62,842 bases of DNA from a virus, in IMG/VR virus record IMGVR_UViG_3300045988_149506, one strand, 5' to 3'. Both the position numbers and the translations under genes were made by a program. The notes beneath the pieces are model-generated. The model did no database searches. It saw only the letters and a list, made by a program, of their open reading frames with translations, and was not told the DNA's origin. Position 1 is the stretch's first letter. Each line of letters begins with the position of its first letter. Of this stretch, positions 14,468 to 23,800 are shown piece by piece.

Positions 14468-17389
14468 ATGCAACAGTCAATTAGATACAAAGGCCTCAGC
14501 CTCACACCCGATGAAATGGCAGTAGAGAACGGTGCGCTATCCCTCTGCGGCAACCTAGAGCTGCACGATGGCGCATTGCGCCCAGCCATCCTTTCCGGCA
14601 CGCAGATTTCAGAAGCATTGCTAGTAGGCAGCACCCAAAGCATTGCCACCCTCCTCTATATCCACGAAACAGGCAATTACAAGCACCTCATCGCCCTCCA
14701 GCCCAATGCTGGTACCGATGCAGGTGTCAGTACGCCATCCATCCATTGGTTCGATGAAGACGGCACCTACATGAATCTCCTCCACACCTTCCCATCCGGA
14801 ACTACCATCCAGTCCGTCAATTCCGTAGGCAACACCCTCATCATCATTGCCACCGATGGCATCCACTATGCCATCTTCCACCCAGATGCCACCTACGGCT
14901 CCTACCAGTATCTGGGGGCAAAGCCGCCATTCCTCCAGCTCAGCTTCTCCATCGACACACAGAACCATTACGAAAACTACGACCTCGGAGGCATTGACAG
15001 CAAGAGCAGCAGCAACGGTTTCCAGGATTGTTTCCAGCAAACCAGCCTCTCCTGTGCCGAAGCATTCAGCGTAGTAGCCAACGACAGTTTCAGCCTGGGC
15101 GAAATCTGTGCCAGCATCAAGGAAGAAAGGCAGTCCGATATAACCCAGAGCATCTACGCCCTGGTCAATCGTACCAACAACCTCATCGCCCGCAACGGCC
15201 GTTTCTATGCCAATTTCTTCGTGCGCTATTGCTACCGCATGTTCGATAACACAATGATCATGCACTCATCCCCGGTCTTCATCCCAGTCCAGGTTCCCGA
15301 TTCCTATGCAGTGGCCAGCGCAAATCTCACCTTCAATAGCTCAGATGTAGTAGGCGATGTGCTCAAAGGAAAAATAAACGTCAAGGACGAAGTCGCATTC
15401 TCACGCCAGGATGGCGATTTCCAGTCCTACGATATTAAAATCAACAAGGCAGCCTTCTACTATTACCCTCGCAATGTCTCCCTTCTCTATAGCTTGAAGG
15501 GCGAAATAGAAGAGTTGAAGAAGTGGAAAGATGTCATCAAGTCCATCGATGTCTTCATCACGCCACCCATCACCAATGTAGATACATCGCAGAAGATTTC
15601 CTCACTCGCCATCTATAGCCCAAACTATGGTCTCGGCATCAGTGGTAGGGCAGACCACTACACCTACGGCAACAACCAGGACAAGATAGGCTATGTACGT
15701 GTCAAGTTCCCAACCATATCCGCTGATGTGTACAAGAACAAGCTGGCCAACGCCTCATCCTTCTACAAAGTAAGTTCCCTCAATGTCGAAGACCTTAAGG
15801 GCTGCAGCAGCATAGCCCTCCCAGTAGATAAGCAGGCCATCTACGAAATCTCCTTGCAGGAACAGATGAAAGACGATTACAAGTCCCACAACTCCCTCTT
15901 CTCGTCAGGCAGCTACGTCTATAACCATCGACTCAATCTCTATGGCATACACGAAAAGCTCTTCTCAGGCTTCAATCGTTACGTCATGTTCCCAAATTCC
16001 GAATTATTAAAAGGTGAATCAGGCATAGTCAACTACCATTATCTCATCAAAAAGATAGTCACCGTACTCAACACATCGTCAGGAACCAAATACGTAGAAG
16101 CCACCTGCTGCACCAGCGATAAGAATGTAGATGCCTATATGCTCGCCAATCTGGTCAAGTTCTACCCAGACTCCAGAGCCACACAGATGGTAATCTTCGC
16201 ATTAAGGCAGGAAACACAGGAAGAAGTCATCTACTCCTTCCCCCTCACGCCATGCTCCGAACTCAACGGAGCCATGCACATGGGCGATTTCACGAAAACA
16301 GAAGAGGAGTTCCTCGTCACCTCATTCCCATACACGGCAGATACGATGGTAGAACTCCCTAGCAAGCTCTACACATCCGAGGCAGACAACCCCTTCCACT
16401 TCCCCCTCAACGCCATCAACACCGTGGGCATAGGCCATATCCAGGGCATAGCCTCCACCACGCGTGCCCTCTCCCAGGGTCAGTTCGGCCAATACCCACT
16501 CATGGCATTCTCCACCGATGGCATCTGGGCACTCAACGTCTCCGCCTCCGGCACCTATAGCAGCATCCACCCCATCAGTCGTGAGGTTTGCAGCAATCCG
16601 AAGTCCATCACCCAGCTAGACCAGTCCGTGCTCTTCGCCACCAATCGCTCCCTCAGTCGCATAGCTGAGTCACAAGTGGCTTCCATGTCCGATGTCTTGG
16701 ATGGACCAGGCTTCAATATAGTGGGCAACCTTGGCAAGTTCCTCAACTTCTTCAATGATGCCGAAGGCGATGATGATACCACCAAGACCATCAAGGCACA
16801 GATGCGCCAACTCATAGATTTCACCTCCTCGCCAATCGACTTCTTTCAGCGTTGTCAGGTTATCTACGATTACAAGAACTCTCGCATCTTCTGCCTAGAT
16901 GTCAGCCAACTTACCAAGGAAGCCTCAGCCGATACCGTAGCCCTCTGCTATTCCATCAAGGATGAAGCCTGGAGCACCTTCCTCATCAAGAACGTGCTCA
17001 CAGCCCTCAACTCCTACCCTCACCCATACATACAGTATCGAGACGGTAGCGTAATAGTTTTGGATAGCGGTTACGATTACGAGGATGAAACAGAGTATCA
17101 CGGCATCATAGTTACTCGTACCTTGAAGTTCGATGAGGAGAACGCTCCCGATGCCATCACAGGCTACATCCATTCCCTCACCTCTGGCACCGTGCCAATC
17201 ATGTGGCTGTATGGTAGCAACGATAACCAAAATTGGCATTACCTAGGGCGTTGTGGTGGCATGAAGTCCAGCTATATGTCCTCTCATAGCTACCGCTTCT
17301 TCCGCATAGCCCTCTATCTTAAGATGAAGTCAATGAATCAGTACTTTGCCACTCGCCTCGAAGTTATCAGGCGTTTCAACAAGTTCTAG
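14468..17389 (+). CDS. Large hypothetical protein (putative virion or tail component)
   Basis: 973-aa ORF downstream of the late-type promoter at 12864. No catalytic motif was recognised. Confidence 0.6.
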   Translation: MQQSIRYKGLSLTPDEMAVENGALSLCGNLELHDGALRPAILSGTQISEALLVGSTQSIATLLYIHETGNYKHLIALQPNAGTDAGVSTPSIHWFDEDGTYMNLLHTFPSGTTIQSVNSVGNTLIIIATDGIHYAIFHPDATYGSYQYLGAKPPFLQLSFSIDTQNHYENYDLGGIDSKSSSNGFQDCFQQTSLSCAEAFSVVANDSFSLGEICASIKEERQSDITQSIYALVNRTNNLIARNGRFYANFFVRYCYRMFDNTMIMHSSPVFIPVQVPDSYAVASANLTFNSSDVVGDVLKGKINVKDEVAFSRQDGDFQSYDIKINKAAFYYYPRNVSLLYSLKGEIEELKKWKDVIKSIDVFITPPITNVDTSQKISSLAIYSPNYGLGISGRADHYTYGNNQDKIGYVRVKFPTISADVYKNKLANASSFYKVSSLNVEDLKGCSSIALPVDKQAIYEISLQEQMKDDYKSHNSLFSSGSYVYNHRLNLYGIHEKLFSGFNRYVMFPNSELLKGESGIVNYHYLIKKIVTVLNTSSGTKYVEATCCTSDKNVDAYMLANLVKFYPDSRATQMVIFALRQETQEEVIYSFPLTPCSELNGAMHMGDFTKTEEEFLVTSFPYTADTMVELPSKLYTSEADNPFHFPLNAINTVGIGHIQGIASTTRALSQGQFGQYPLMAFSTDGIWALNVSASGTYSSIHPISREVCSNPKSITQLDQSVLFATNRSLSRIAESQVASMSDVLDGPGFNIVGNLGKFLNFFNDAEGDDDTTKTIKAQMRQLIDFTSSPIDFFQRCQVIYDYKNSRIFCLDVSQLTKEASADTVALCYSIKDEAWSTFLIKNVLTALNSYPHPYIQYRDGSVIVLDSGYDYEDETEYHGIIVTRTLKFDEENAPDAITGYIHSLTSGTVPIMWLYGSNDNQNWHYLGRCGGMKSSYMSSHSYRFFRIALYLKMKSMNQYFATRLEVIRRFNKF

Positions 17390-17402
17390 CCAGAAAAAAA
17401 AT

Positions 17403-17451
17403 AAGAGCCTTCGCTTTTTCAGGAATCCATCCCGATTTAGCGAAGGCTCTT
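17403..17451. terminator. 13-bp-stem hairpin between convergent genes
   Basis: AAGAGCCTTCGCT (17403-17415) pairs with AGCGAAGGCTCTT (17439-17451). Confidence 0.6.
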
Positions 17452-17485
17452 TCCATAAACACCCAAAATAATGAAGAAAAAGAAT

Positions 17486-17519
17486 AGCCACCGTTCCAGG
17501 CGATTCCATCGCCTGTCCC
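17486..17519 (+). terminator. Conserved hairpin element, copy B
   Basis: GCCACCGTTC-CAGGCGAT-TCC-ATCGCCTG-TCC (stem 17497-17504 / 17508-17515). Confidence 0.5.
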
Positions 17520-17529
17520 CAATAGCCTC

Positions 17530-18168
17530 CTACGTAAAGCTAGGTCTTCTCTGCGTATAGTTATCCCGGCTCAGCAAGTCGCTCTTGATGTTATTGTAGT
17601 CTGCCGTTGCGCTTTCGCCATACGTTCCTGCCTTGTCGGCAAACTGGTCCATCAGGAATTGGCTCATTACGTAGTCCACGATGTAGCGGTGGCAATGGCT
17701 CTTCAAGGCATCCGTCACAGCCACGTTCCAGTTCGGAATCTCCAGTTTCAGCGTCACGGTCTCATAGATGTTTTCCTCCCTGTCCTTACCAGCTTTGTTC
17801 ACGGTAGCGGTCGTTTCGCTCTCCTCACCATCAATGATGGTGGTCACTACCTCCGTCCACGTACCGTTTTTGTTGTCAGTATAGGCATACTTTCGTGTTC
17901 CCTTCACCAGTCGTTCCAAGTTGTTGTTGTCCTCCACTCTACCAGTGGTCAGATAACGCTGAGCAGCCAGTTTGATGTTACCGATGGCTTCCGTCACGGC
18001 ACGATTGATGATACTGCGAGTCTCGTCACTGTCTGGGCTTTCGATGTTGGCTCTGATGTCCTTCTGGGCTTCGTCCACCATTCCCTGGCTCACTACATAG
18101 CATCTTGCAAGCACATCATTACATACCTGCTCCATGCCAAAATTCAATGTAATCAATTTTCTATCCAT
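17530..18168 (-). CDS. Hypothetical structural protein
   Basis: 212-aa ORF at the end of the minus-strand late operon. The overlapping plus-strand ORF looks like antisense noise. Confidence 0.65.
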   Translation of the reverse strand: MDRKLITLNFGMEQVCNDVLARCYVVSQGMVDEAQKDIRANIESPDSDETRSIINRAVTEAIGNIKLAAQRYLTTGRVEDNNNLERLVKGTRKYAYTDNKNGTWTEVVTTIIDGEESETTATVNKAGKDREENIYETVTLKLEIPNWNVAVTDALKSHCHRYIVDYVMSQFLMDQFADKAGTYGESATADYNNIKSDLLSRDNYTQRRPSFT

Positions 18169-18196
18169 AATTGCAATTATTTGTTTTGATGAAAAA

Positions 18197-19306
18197 TTAT
18201 CTTAGTTCGTAAGGTGGCCTACCTCCGCTCCAGTCCACATAGTCTTGGTGGAAATGTTGTGAAGCAAAGTCAGGATTTCGCTCAGAGCCTTTCAGTCCTC
18301 TCTGCTCATCCTTGGCTACCTCGTCCTCTTTTCGAGCCTCAGCATCCAATGAATTGCCTTCCTTGACCGCTCCATCGGCACCTCTAGCCTCAGCGTTCAG
18401 AGCATTTTGAGTTTTGCCCTCATCATCCTCCTTGCGGTTATCAGTACCTATGGCACCTCTATCCTTCTTTTCCGAATCAGCACCCCTTCCATCTGTAGCC
18501 AAAGACTGAGCCTGTTTGCTCATTTCATCCTCACCTCTCACAGTAGTACCAGGAGAAGCAGCATTCTTTCCTACACTGTCCGAAGTTCTAGTTTCAGCAG
18601 ATTGGGCATTCATCTGTTTATCAGAATCATCCTCCACTCTCATTGAAGTAGAAGAACGATTGCTGTCCTTTCCTGCTTCATCTTCTTTTCTCTCGGAAGC
18701 AGAAGAGGATGAAGCATTCTTTGCAACACCATCCACAGCCCTTCTCCCTATAGGCGAAAAGCTGCTATTCTTTTCAACTCCATCCCCTCCTCTAGCCACA
18801 GCATCAACAGCCGAAGAACCATCTTTCACGGTATCGTCAGCGGTTCTTTCAGCCTCAGCAAAGCTAAAGTCCTTCTTTAGCAAAACCTCCTTAATGGCTT
18901 CTAGGTCGCTCGCTCCCATGCTAGCATAGTCCGTATGGTTCATGTCTGGGAAGTCACTCAGCCATCCGGCAAGGATAGCATGTACCAGATAGTTCTGTAT
19001 TTGGTTGGTCAGCACACCGCTCAATCTAGGTGGCCAAGATGCCAAGGTCTTGATGGTGATTGTGAAATCATCAGCCAGTGCCTGTAGGTCAAACTGCTGT
19101 GTGGTCGAAGAAGAGAATCTTGCCAAGAAGTTCTCTAGGTCGGTTATTGCTTCCCTATAGTAGATGTCCAGCTTCGCTTCCTCGCCATTACTCGCCCAGA
19201 CGGTCTGAAAGTCCACCTCTGGGTTATGCTGCGCAATGGTGGCAGATAGTCCCTCTACCACGCCCATCACGCTCTTCTTCACTATTTTTATCGTTATTGT
19301 CTTCAT
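18197..19306 (-). CDS. Hypothetical structural protein with 11 tandem 17-residue repeats
   Basis: Globular N-terminus of about 150 aa. The following repeats have invariant R-x2-D-x3-K every 17 residues, with Arg at positions 172 to 342. Confidence 0.7.
   Translation of the reverse strand: MKTITIKIVKKSVMGVVEGLSATIAQHNPEVDFQTVWASNGEEAKLDIYYREAITDLENFLARFSSSTTQQFDLQALADDFTITIKTLASWPPRLSGVLTNQIQNYLVHAILAGWLSDFPDMNHTDYASMGASDLEAIKEVLLKKDFSFAEAERTADDTVKDGSSAVDAVARGGDGVEKNSSFSPIGRRAVDGVAKNASSSSASERKEDEAGKDSNRSSTSMRVEDDSDKQMNAQSAETRTSDSVGKNAASPGTTVRGEDEMSKQAQSLATDGRGADSEKKDRGAIGTDNRKEDDEGKTQNALNAEARGADGAVKEGNSLDAEARKEDEVAKDEQRGLKGSERNPDFASQHFHQDYVDWSGGRPPYELR
18272..18850 (-). repeat. Degenerate 51-nt (17-aa) coding tandem repeats, about 11 copies
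   Basis: Arg positions 153, 172, 189, 206, 223, 240, 257, 274, 291, 308, 325 and 342. Each is followed by D at +3 and K at +7. Confidence 0.8.
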
Positions 19307-19310
19307 ACGC

Positions 19311-19739
19311 TCATTTCTTTCTGTGCCATAGCCAAATCAACAAACCAATCACTGCGACTACGAGAGTCCAAATCATCTTGGCGGTATACTTCCCAAGGGT
19401 GATATACTTTTGTTCTGCCTTGGTAAGTTCTCGTGTCATCGGCTTCGGCACATATATAGTATCTCGTTTGATGAAAGAATCCGTCTTCACCTTGTTAAGA
19501 TACCTGTACCTATCTTGAAGCACAAGCCTATCCTTAAAGATAGTGTCACCTCTCTGATAGATATACACGCTATCCTTCCGATAGATACTATCTGTTTTCT
19601 CCACCGTGTCCGTTCTTACCACATATTGGGTATGATATTCTGGCACGGTTACATACTTCGTCTTGCAGCTCGTCAGGAAGAGCAACGAGAAGTACGCCAC
19701 CCAAACGAACAGATAGATTATCCAATGTCTTGTTTTCAT
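19311..19739 (-). CDS. Unimolecular spanin-like lysis protein (lipoprotein signal plus C-terminal TM)
   Basis: Lipobox LFLTSC at the N-terminus and C-terminal TM IWTLVVAVIGLLIWLW. It lies immediately downstream of the endolysin. Confidence 0.5.
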   Translation of the reverse strand: MKTRHWIIYLFVWVAYFSLLFLTSCKTKYVTVPEYHTQYVVRTDTVEKTDSIYRKDSVYIYQRGDTIFKDRLVLQDRYRYLNKVKTDSFIKRDTIYVPKPMTRELTKAEQKYITLGKYTAKMIWTLVVAVIGLLIWLWHRKK

Positions 19740-19742
19740 AAG

Positions 19743-20279
19743 CTATGATATGTTTAAGGCTCGCTTGGACTTCTTCAAATACTCCTCGCATTTGTCCAGC
19801 CCATTATAGCCTCCATTAATTTTCTTTCTGATTGCTTTCAGATTATCCTCGTCAGCCAATTCATTGCAGCCGAAGGTATCGAATATCCACATCGATGAAC
19901 GTGTGGCACCAAGAGGCTGCTCCAACAGCTCAGGCTTCTCCACTACATCATAGCCACAATATCCGGCATACTTCCTGTAGTTGGCTCTTCCTGTTATCTG
20001 AATAAGCCCCCTGCCCTTATACCTCACCCCATCACCCTTATAGGTATTGCCCAAGTCTTTTCGCCCCTCATACGCCTTTCCGCTGGCTATCTCCTTGGTA
20101 TATTTCAGTTCACCGCTCTCATGCGCTATCTGAGCCAAGTAGTGCGCCCACCTCAAAGGCGTGTTGATTTCAAATTCCTGAGCATACTTATTCAGGTATG
20201 GCAGAAACTTCTCTGCTCTTTTCCCTGCATTAGGCATCGCCATCAGCAGCTGTTCCAATCTGATTTCCTTCATTTCCAT
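19743..20279 (-). CDS. Glycoside hydrolase family 19 (chitinase-like) endolysin
   Basis: AHYLAQIAHESGELKYTKE...YEGRKDLGNTYKGDGVRYKGRGLIQITGRANY. The likely start is MEMKEIRL (20279), which overlaps the end of the holin gene. Confidence 0.8.
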   Translation of the reverse strand: MEMKEIRLEQLLMAMPNAGKRAEKFLPYLNKYAQEFEINTPLRWAHYLAQIAHESGELKYTKEIASGKAYEGRKDLGNTYKGDGVRYKGRGLIQITGRANYRKYAGYCGYDVVEKPELLEQPLGATRSSMWIFDTFGCNELADEDNLKAIRKKINGGYNGLDKCEEYLKKSKRALNIS

Positions 20280-20748
20280 TCTCCTTATTGTTCTTATATT
20301 CTTGATACTTCTTGAACATTGGCATTTTCTCCACGAAGCCAAGTGTCAGCGCATAATATCCATAGTCCACTAGCCTGTACCAAGGCGAATCTGGCACCAG
20401 CATTCGTTTCAGATTCTTCAAGATGTTGGTCGTGAATAGATAGGTCGCGGCTATGCACACCCACTTCACGCAAAACAGTGCCTCAGCATCCGAATGCAAG
20501 AAGTGCCCGATGATAAACAGTGCAGCCACCGTCACGAAAAACACCGCACAGCAAACGAAGAACATACCGAATTTCTTCCAGCTCCATTCCTCACCATTAA
20601 ACACCGCTGCCACGATGCCAAACACAAGGTTCAGCCCGAACAATACCATCATGGCAATCATAAAATCTCTGATGGGTACTAGCAGACTCAGAAAAGTCCA
20701 TATCGTCCCAATTAAGTAACCTCGAATATCATTCATTTTCTTTTCCAT
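20230..20748 (-). CDS. Holin-like multi-TM protein
   Basis: Four predicted TM helices, located directly upstream of the endolysin. It is the first gene after the promoter at 20781-20828. Confidence 0.55.
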   Translation of the reverse strand: MEKKMNDIRGYLIGTIWTFLSLLVPIRDFMIAMMVLFGLNLVFGIVAAVFNGEEWSWKKFGMFFVCCAVFFVTVAALFIIGHFLHSDAEALFCVKWVCIAATYLFTTNILKNLKRMLVPDSPWYRLVDYGYYALTLGFVEKMPMFKKYQEYKNNKENGNEGNQIGTAADGDA

Positions 20749-20780
20749 TTTTCCGTCCCCACTCCGTTATGGAAACGATG

Positions 20781-20828
20781 CAAATTTAAGCCATCATTCC
20801 CGATTCTCAGTGATAAGTTGCGCAACTT
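20781..20828 (-). promoter_or_regulatory. Phage-specific promoter (minus strand): AAGTTGCGCAACTT-ATCAC-N21-TAAATTTG
   Basis: Palindrome at 20815-20828. The -7 box is the reverse complement of 20781-20788. The gap is exactly 26 nt. Confidence 0.65.
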
Positions 20829-20946
20829 CATACGAAAAAAGAGAACACAAGTCCTTTTCCTCAGCCTGCATTCTCTTCTTCTGATAGTTTTCTTTTATAT
20901 ATCTCTAGGTGTTATGGAATAATTCTTAATTATAAATTATAAATTA

Positions 20947-21438
20947 TTAATTATTAAAGTACCCCCATGCCTTGCACTTTCCGTATGGGTTATCATCGTC
21001 TCTCAGCCAGTTCACAGCCAAGTCCACCATTTTATCCATCAGCTGCTCCTCGCTATCATCGGCAAACCATTTCTTCATCAGGTTGTAGTTGTCCGAATAC
21101 ACCATGTTCAGAACCACGGCAAAGTCCCATTGGTTGTAAGGGCGAATCTCGTCCTTCACCGTCTCATATATTTCCTGCGTCTTCGCCATGGTATAGTAAG
21201 GAGCACGATGCTCTATCTCCTTATCATCCTCAAAAACCATCTTCTTAATTTGAGCCTCAGCGAAGAAGTCATTGAAGTGTCCGTTGCCCACTACCCCATA
21301 GATTTCCTTATACAGCAGCAAGAGGTCTTCATCCGTTGCGTGCATAGCCACGAATTTGCCGATTATCTTTGTCACCAGCACCATCTGTTCCGGTGTGGCA
21401 TCGGTCTGATATTTTGTAATAAGTTCTACTAAGTTCAT
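20947..21438 (-). CDS. Hypothetical protein
   Basis: The likely start is MNLVELITKY at 21438, abutting the upstream stop at 21440. Confidence 0.65.
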   Translation of the reverse strand: MNLVELITKYQTDATPEQMVLVTKIIGKFVAMHATDEDLLLLYKEIYGVVGNGHFNDFFAEAQIKKMVFEDDKEIEHRAPYYTMAKTQEIYETVKDEIRPYNQWDFAVVLNMVYSDNYNLMKKWFADDSEEQLMDKMVDLAVNWLRDDDNPYGKCKAWGYFNN

Positions 21439-21439
21439 G

Positions 21440-21931
21440 TCATTCTTGTTTTTGCGATTTGACGAATTTGAAAATCTCATCCAGCTTGCTTTCCATCTGG
21501 TTGAGCCTTTCGTTTGTTTTCTGCTGGTCACGAAACGTTGTGTCCAGTTCTGAGAGGAGATTATCACAGTCCTTTACGGTCTGCTCGAAATCAGGCATCT
21601 TTCTTAGGATGTCGTTAGCTTGGTTCTTCAATGCGTTCACCTCGTTGATGATGTTCTCCTTGCTACAGGATATTACAAGGGTGTCGCTGTATGCTGTTTG
21701 CTCAGTATCTACCACCGAATAGATGGACTGCTTGCCATCCTCGGTTTGCACATTCACCTTCACGTTCCTCGCCCCATAGTTCGGCATTCCCGGCATAGCA
21801 GCCATCACGTTCGGCTTGCCATTCTCAAAGTCAGGGCAAGGATTGCTCGTCACCTTGCCTTGCTTAAATTTTCTGCTGGCTCTATCAAATAGATAGACTG
21901 GGAATCCAGCCTTCAAGTCTCTGAATATCAT
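21440..21931 (-). CDS. Hypothetical protein (coiled-coil C-terminus)
   Basis: 163-aa ORF. Confidence 0.65.
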   Translation of the reverse strand: MIFRDLKAGFPVYLFDRASRKFKQGKVTSNPCPDFENGKPNVMAAMPGMPNYGARNVKVNVQTEDGKQSIYSVVDTEQTAYSDTLVISCSKENIINEVNALKNQANDILRKMPDFEQTVKDCDNLLSELDTTFRDQQKTNERLNQMESKLDEIFKFVKSQKQE

Positions 21932-22012
21932 ATATTGTATATATTTTGAAGTTAGTATTATGCGAGGGAAACGATGGCTCTCTTCCGTCCATCCTTTCCC
22001 TCTATAATGATA

Positions 22013-22456
22013 CTAAGCAGTAGTCAATGCTACGGTTAGACTGTCAAATATGCTTAGGCCTCTAGCCTTTCCGCATACCACATCGTTAGCCTTTTGCGTC
22101 CGTCCCACGCTGGCGATGGTCACAGCTGTTGGTAGGGCTGTCTGCCCTTGGAAGGCTGCAATCCATTTTTCCGTGTAAATCAATGGCTGTGCTCTCATCA
22201 CGTTTCTGTTGCCTGTTACAGGCGAAATGATGGATATTGTCGCCACGATAGGCACGAATACCGTTGTACCGTTCAGGATAGGCTGCTCATAACTGTAGGT
22301 TATGCTAGCCTGTGGCTGCACGTTGCCGTTCACGCAATAAGGTCTGCAAAGCTTCTCATTGTAAGTAGCTAAGACTGAAACTTGGTTGGCTACCAATGCT
22401 GTAGTAGCCAATCCCACTGGAGAAATTTTGTTCATACCACTACGCTTCTGTTTCAT
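22013..22456 (-). CDS. Hypothetical structural protein
   Basis: 147-aa ORF. Confidence 0.6.
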   Translation of the reverse strand: MKQKRSGMNKISPVGLATTALVANQVSVLATYNEKLCRPYCVNGNVQPQASITYSYEQPILNGTTVFVPIVATISIISPVTGNRNVMRAQPLIYTEKWIAAFQGQTALPTAVTIASVGRTQKANDVVCGKARGLSIFDSLTVALTTA

Positions 22457-22469
22457 TCTTTACTCTTTT

Positions 22470-23333
22470 TTACTGATAGCCACCTGCTACACCTGCGCCA
22501 CATCCGCAACCGCCATTCATCAGATTGGCAAAGTAGATGTTCTGCTGCAACTGAGAGTTCTTAAACTTCAAGTCCTGAATCTCGTTAGCTTGCTCCTGGC
22601 TCCAATGACCTGTCAAGGTGTCAATGATACGCTGAGTGTTGTTCTCACCTGCACGGATAACGTCACACTTGTCTTGCTGCATCTGGAAACCGAGGTTCGA
22701 AGCAGCTCTTTCTATACCAGTGTTGGTATAGCTAAAGCCCTGCTGCATCTGGTTAACGATGTCCTTCTGACCAAGCTGGTTATCATAGCCCATCTTGATG
22801 ATGTTCTGCTGGGTCTGGCAGCAGCAATCCTTCAATGCTATGGTCATCTGCAAGTTACCCTGAGAGATAGCGTTGATTACTCGCTCTGCCGAGAATCCAA
22901 CCTGACCACCAAGCTGCTGGATGCCAGCCTGAATGCCACAGATAGAGTTCTGCAAGGCGTTGAAGTCACAGTTCAGATTGCTTGCCAACATCTTAAGGTC
23001 GTTACCATTACCCTGGATAGCACCCATCAGCAAGTTGCTGTTCTGGTTGTCTGCCATCTGGTTGCGCAAACTCTCGATTTGGCTCTGAATCTCTGCACGC
23101 TGCACATCTGCGCCATTGTCACGGTTGTTCCAGTCTGCACCATACATATAGCGCATCATGCCCATCATCATCATGTAGGCGAACGGATTGTTCCACATGT
23201 CATCATCGTCACGGTTACGCATCATAGCCGCCATTGCCAAAGGATTGTTGTCACGATTTGCCATCGCTCCAAGCAAACCACCCATCATTGCATCGTTGCA
23301 ACAAGAGGTTGTCTTAATTACTTCTTCTGCCAT
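22470..23333 (-). CDS. Met/Asn/Gln/Cys-rich hypothetical protein
   Basis: 287 aa with runs such as AYMMMMGMMRYMYG, CC/CCC clusters and a GGCGCGAGVAGGYQ tail. The antisense 318-aa ORF was judged spurious. Confidence 0.65.
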   Translation of the reverse strand: MAEEVIKTTSCCNDAMMGGLLGAMANRDNNPLAMAAMMRNRDDDDMWNNPFAYMMMMGMMRYMYGADWNNRDNGADVQRAEIQSQIESLRNQMADNQNSNLLMGAIQGNGNDLKMLASNLNCDFNALQNSICGIQAGIQQLGGQVGFSAERVINAISQGNLQMTIALKDCCCQTQQNIIKMGYDNQLGQKDIVNQMQQGFSYTNTGIERAASNLGFQMQQDKCDVIRAGENNTQRIIDTLTGHWSQEQANEIQDLKFKNSQLQQNIYFANLMNGGCGCGAGVAGGYQ

Positions 23334-23564
23334 AATTCCTAAAGAAATAAAAGTTGTACATTTTGTTTATACTCACATGTAACCGATTACGCATGCAAAG
23401 ATACAAGGAATTGGCAAGCTATTTAATAACTCTGTCACAAAAACTTTTATTCTCTGAATATCAGCGTATTAACATGACATAAACCCATATCAAAACCATC
23501 GTATGTATATTTTAGCAAGAATATTGCGTATAATTTAAGGCAAAAATTGTGAGTTTTAGAGCAT

Positions 23565-23587
23565 AAAAAAGAGAGAAGCAATCTCTC
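23565..23587 (-). terminator. Rho-independent-type terminator (minus strand)
   Basis: The minus strand reads GAGAGA-TTGCT-TCTCTC followed by TTTTTT. It lies downstream of the 23609 stop. Confidence 0.6.
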
Positions 23588-23608
23588 GCCTCTCTCCTAG
23601 CCTACCAT

Positions 23609-23800
23609 TTAGTTCATCAGAAATGAAGAAAATGCAATAATATCCCCTATCCATATAAAAATGGTGAAAGCAGCTATCCATACAAACGTCCATCTTGGCA
23701 TTTTCTTATACAGCTTAGAGCACAAAAGATGGATGAACGCACCAGTGATAAATACCGTGAAGATTAAGGTCACAGCAATCATAAAATATATTTCTTGCAT
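23609..23800 (-). CDS. Small two-TM membrane protein
   Basis: 63 aa with two hydrophobic helices. Confidence 0.55.
   Translation of the reverse strand: MQEIYFMIAVTLIFTVFITGAFIHLLCSKLYKKMPRWTFVWIAAFTIFIWIGDIIAFSSFLMN

Noticed and set aside
13308-15265. Minus-strand ORFs 13308-13901 (197 aa) and 14621-15265 (214 aa)
   Set aside because: They lie opposite well-packed plus-strand genes in a unidirectional block, and their composition looks like antisense noise.
17659-18189. 176-aa plus-strand ORF overlapping 17530-18168
   Set aside because: The minus-strand product looks like a normal soluble protein and continues the late operon. The plus-strand translation is His/Val/Ser-rich junk and would run into the convergent terminators.
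22386-23342. 318-aa plus-strand ORF covering the whole 22470-23333 gene
   Set aside because: It is antisense to a gene that fits the operon (start, stop and spacing). The translation is a hydrophobic, His-rich string without features.
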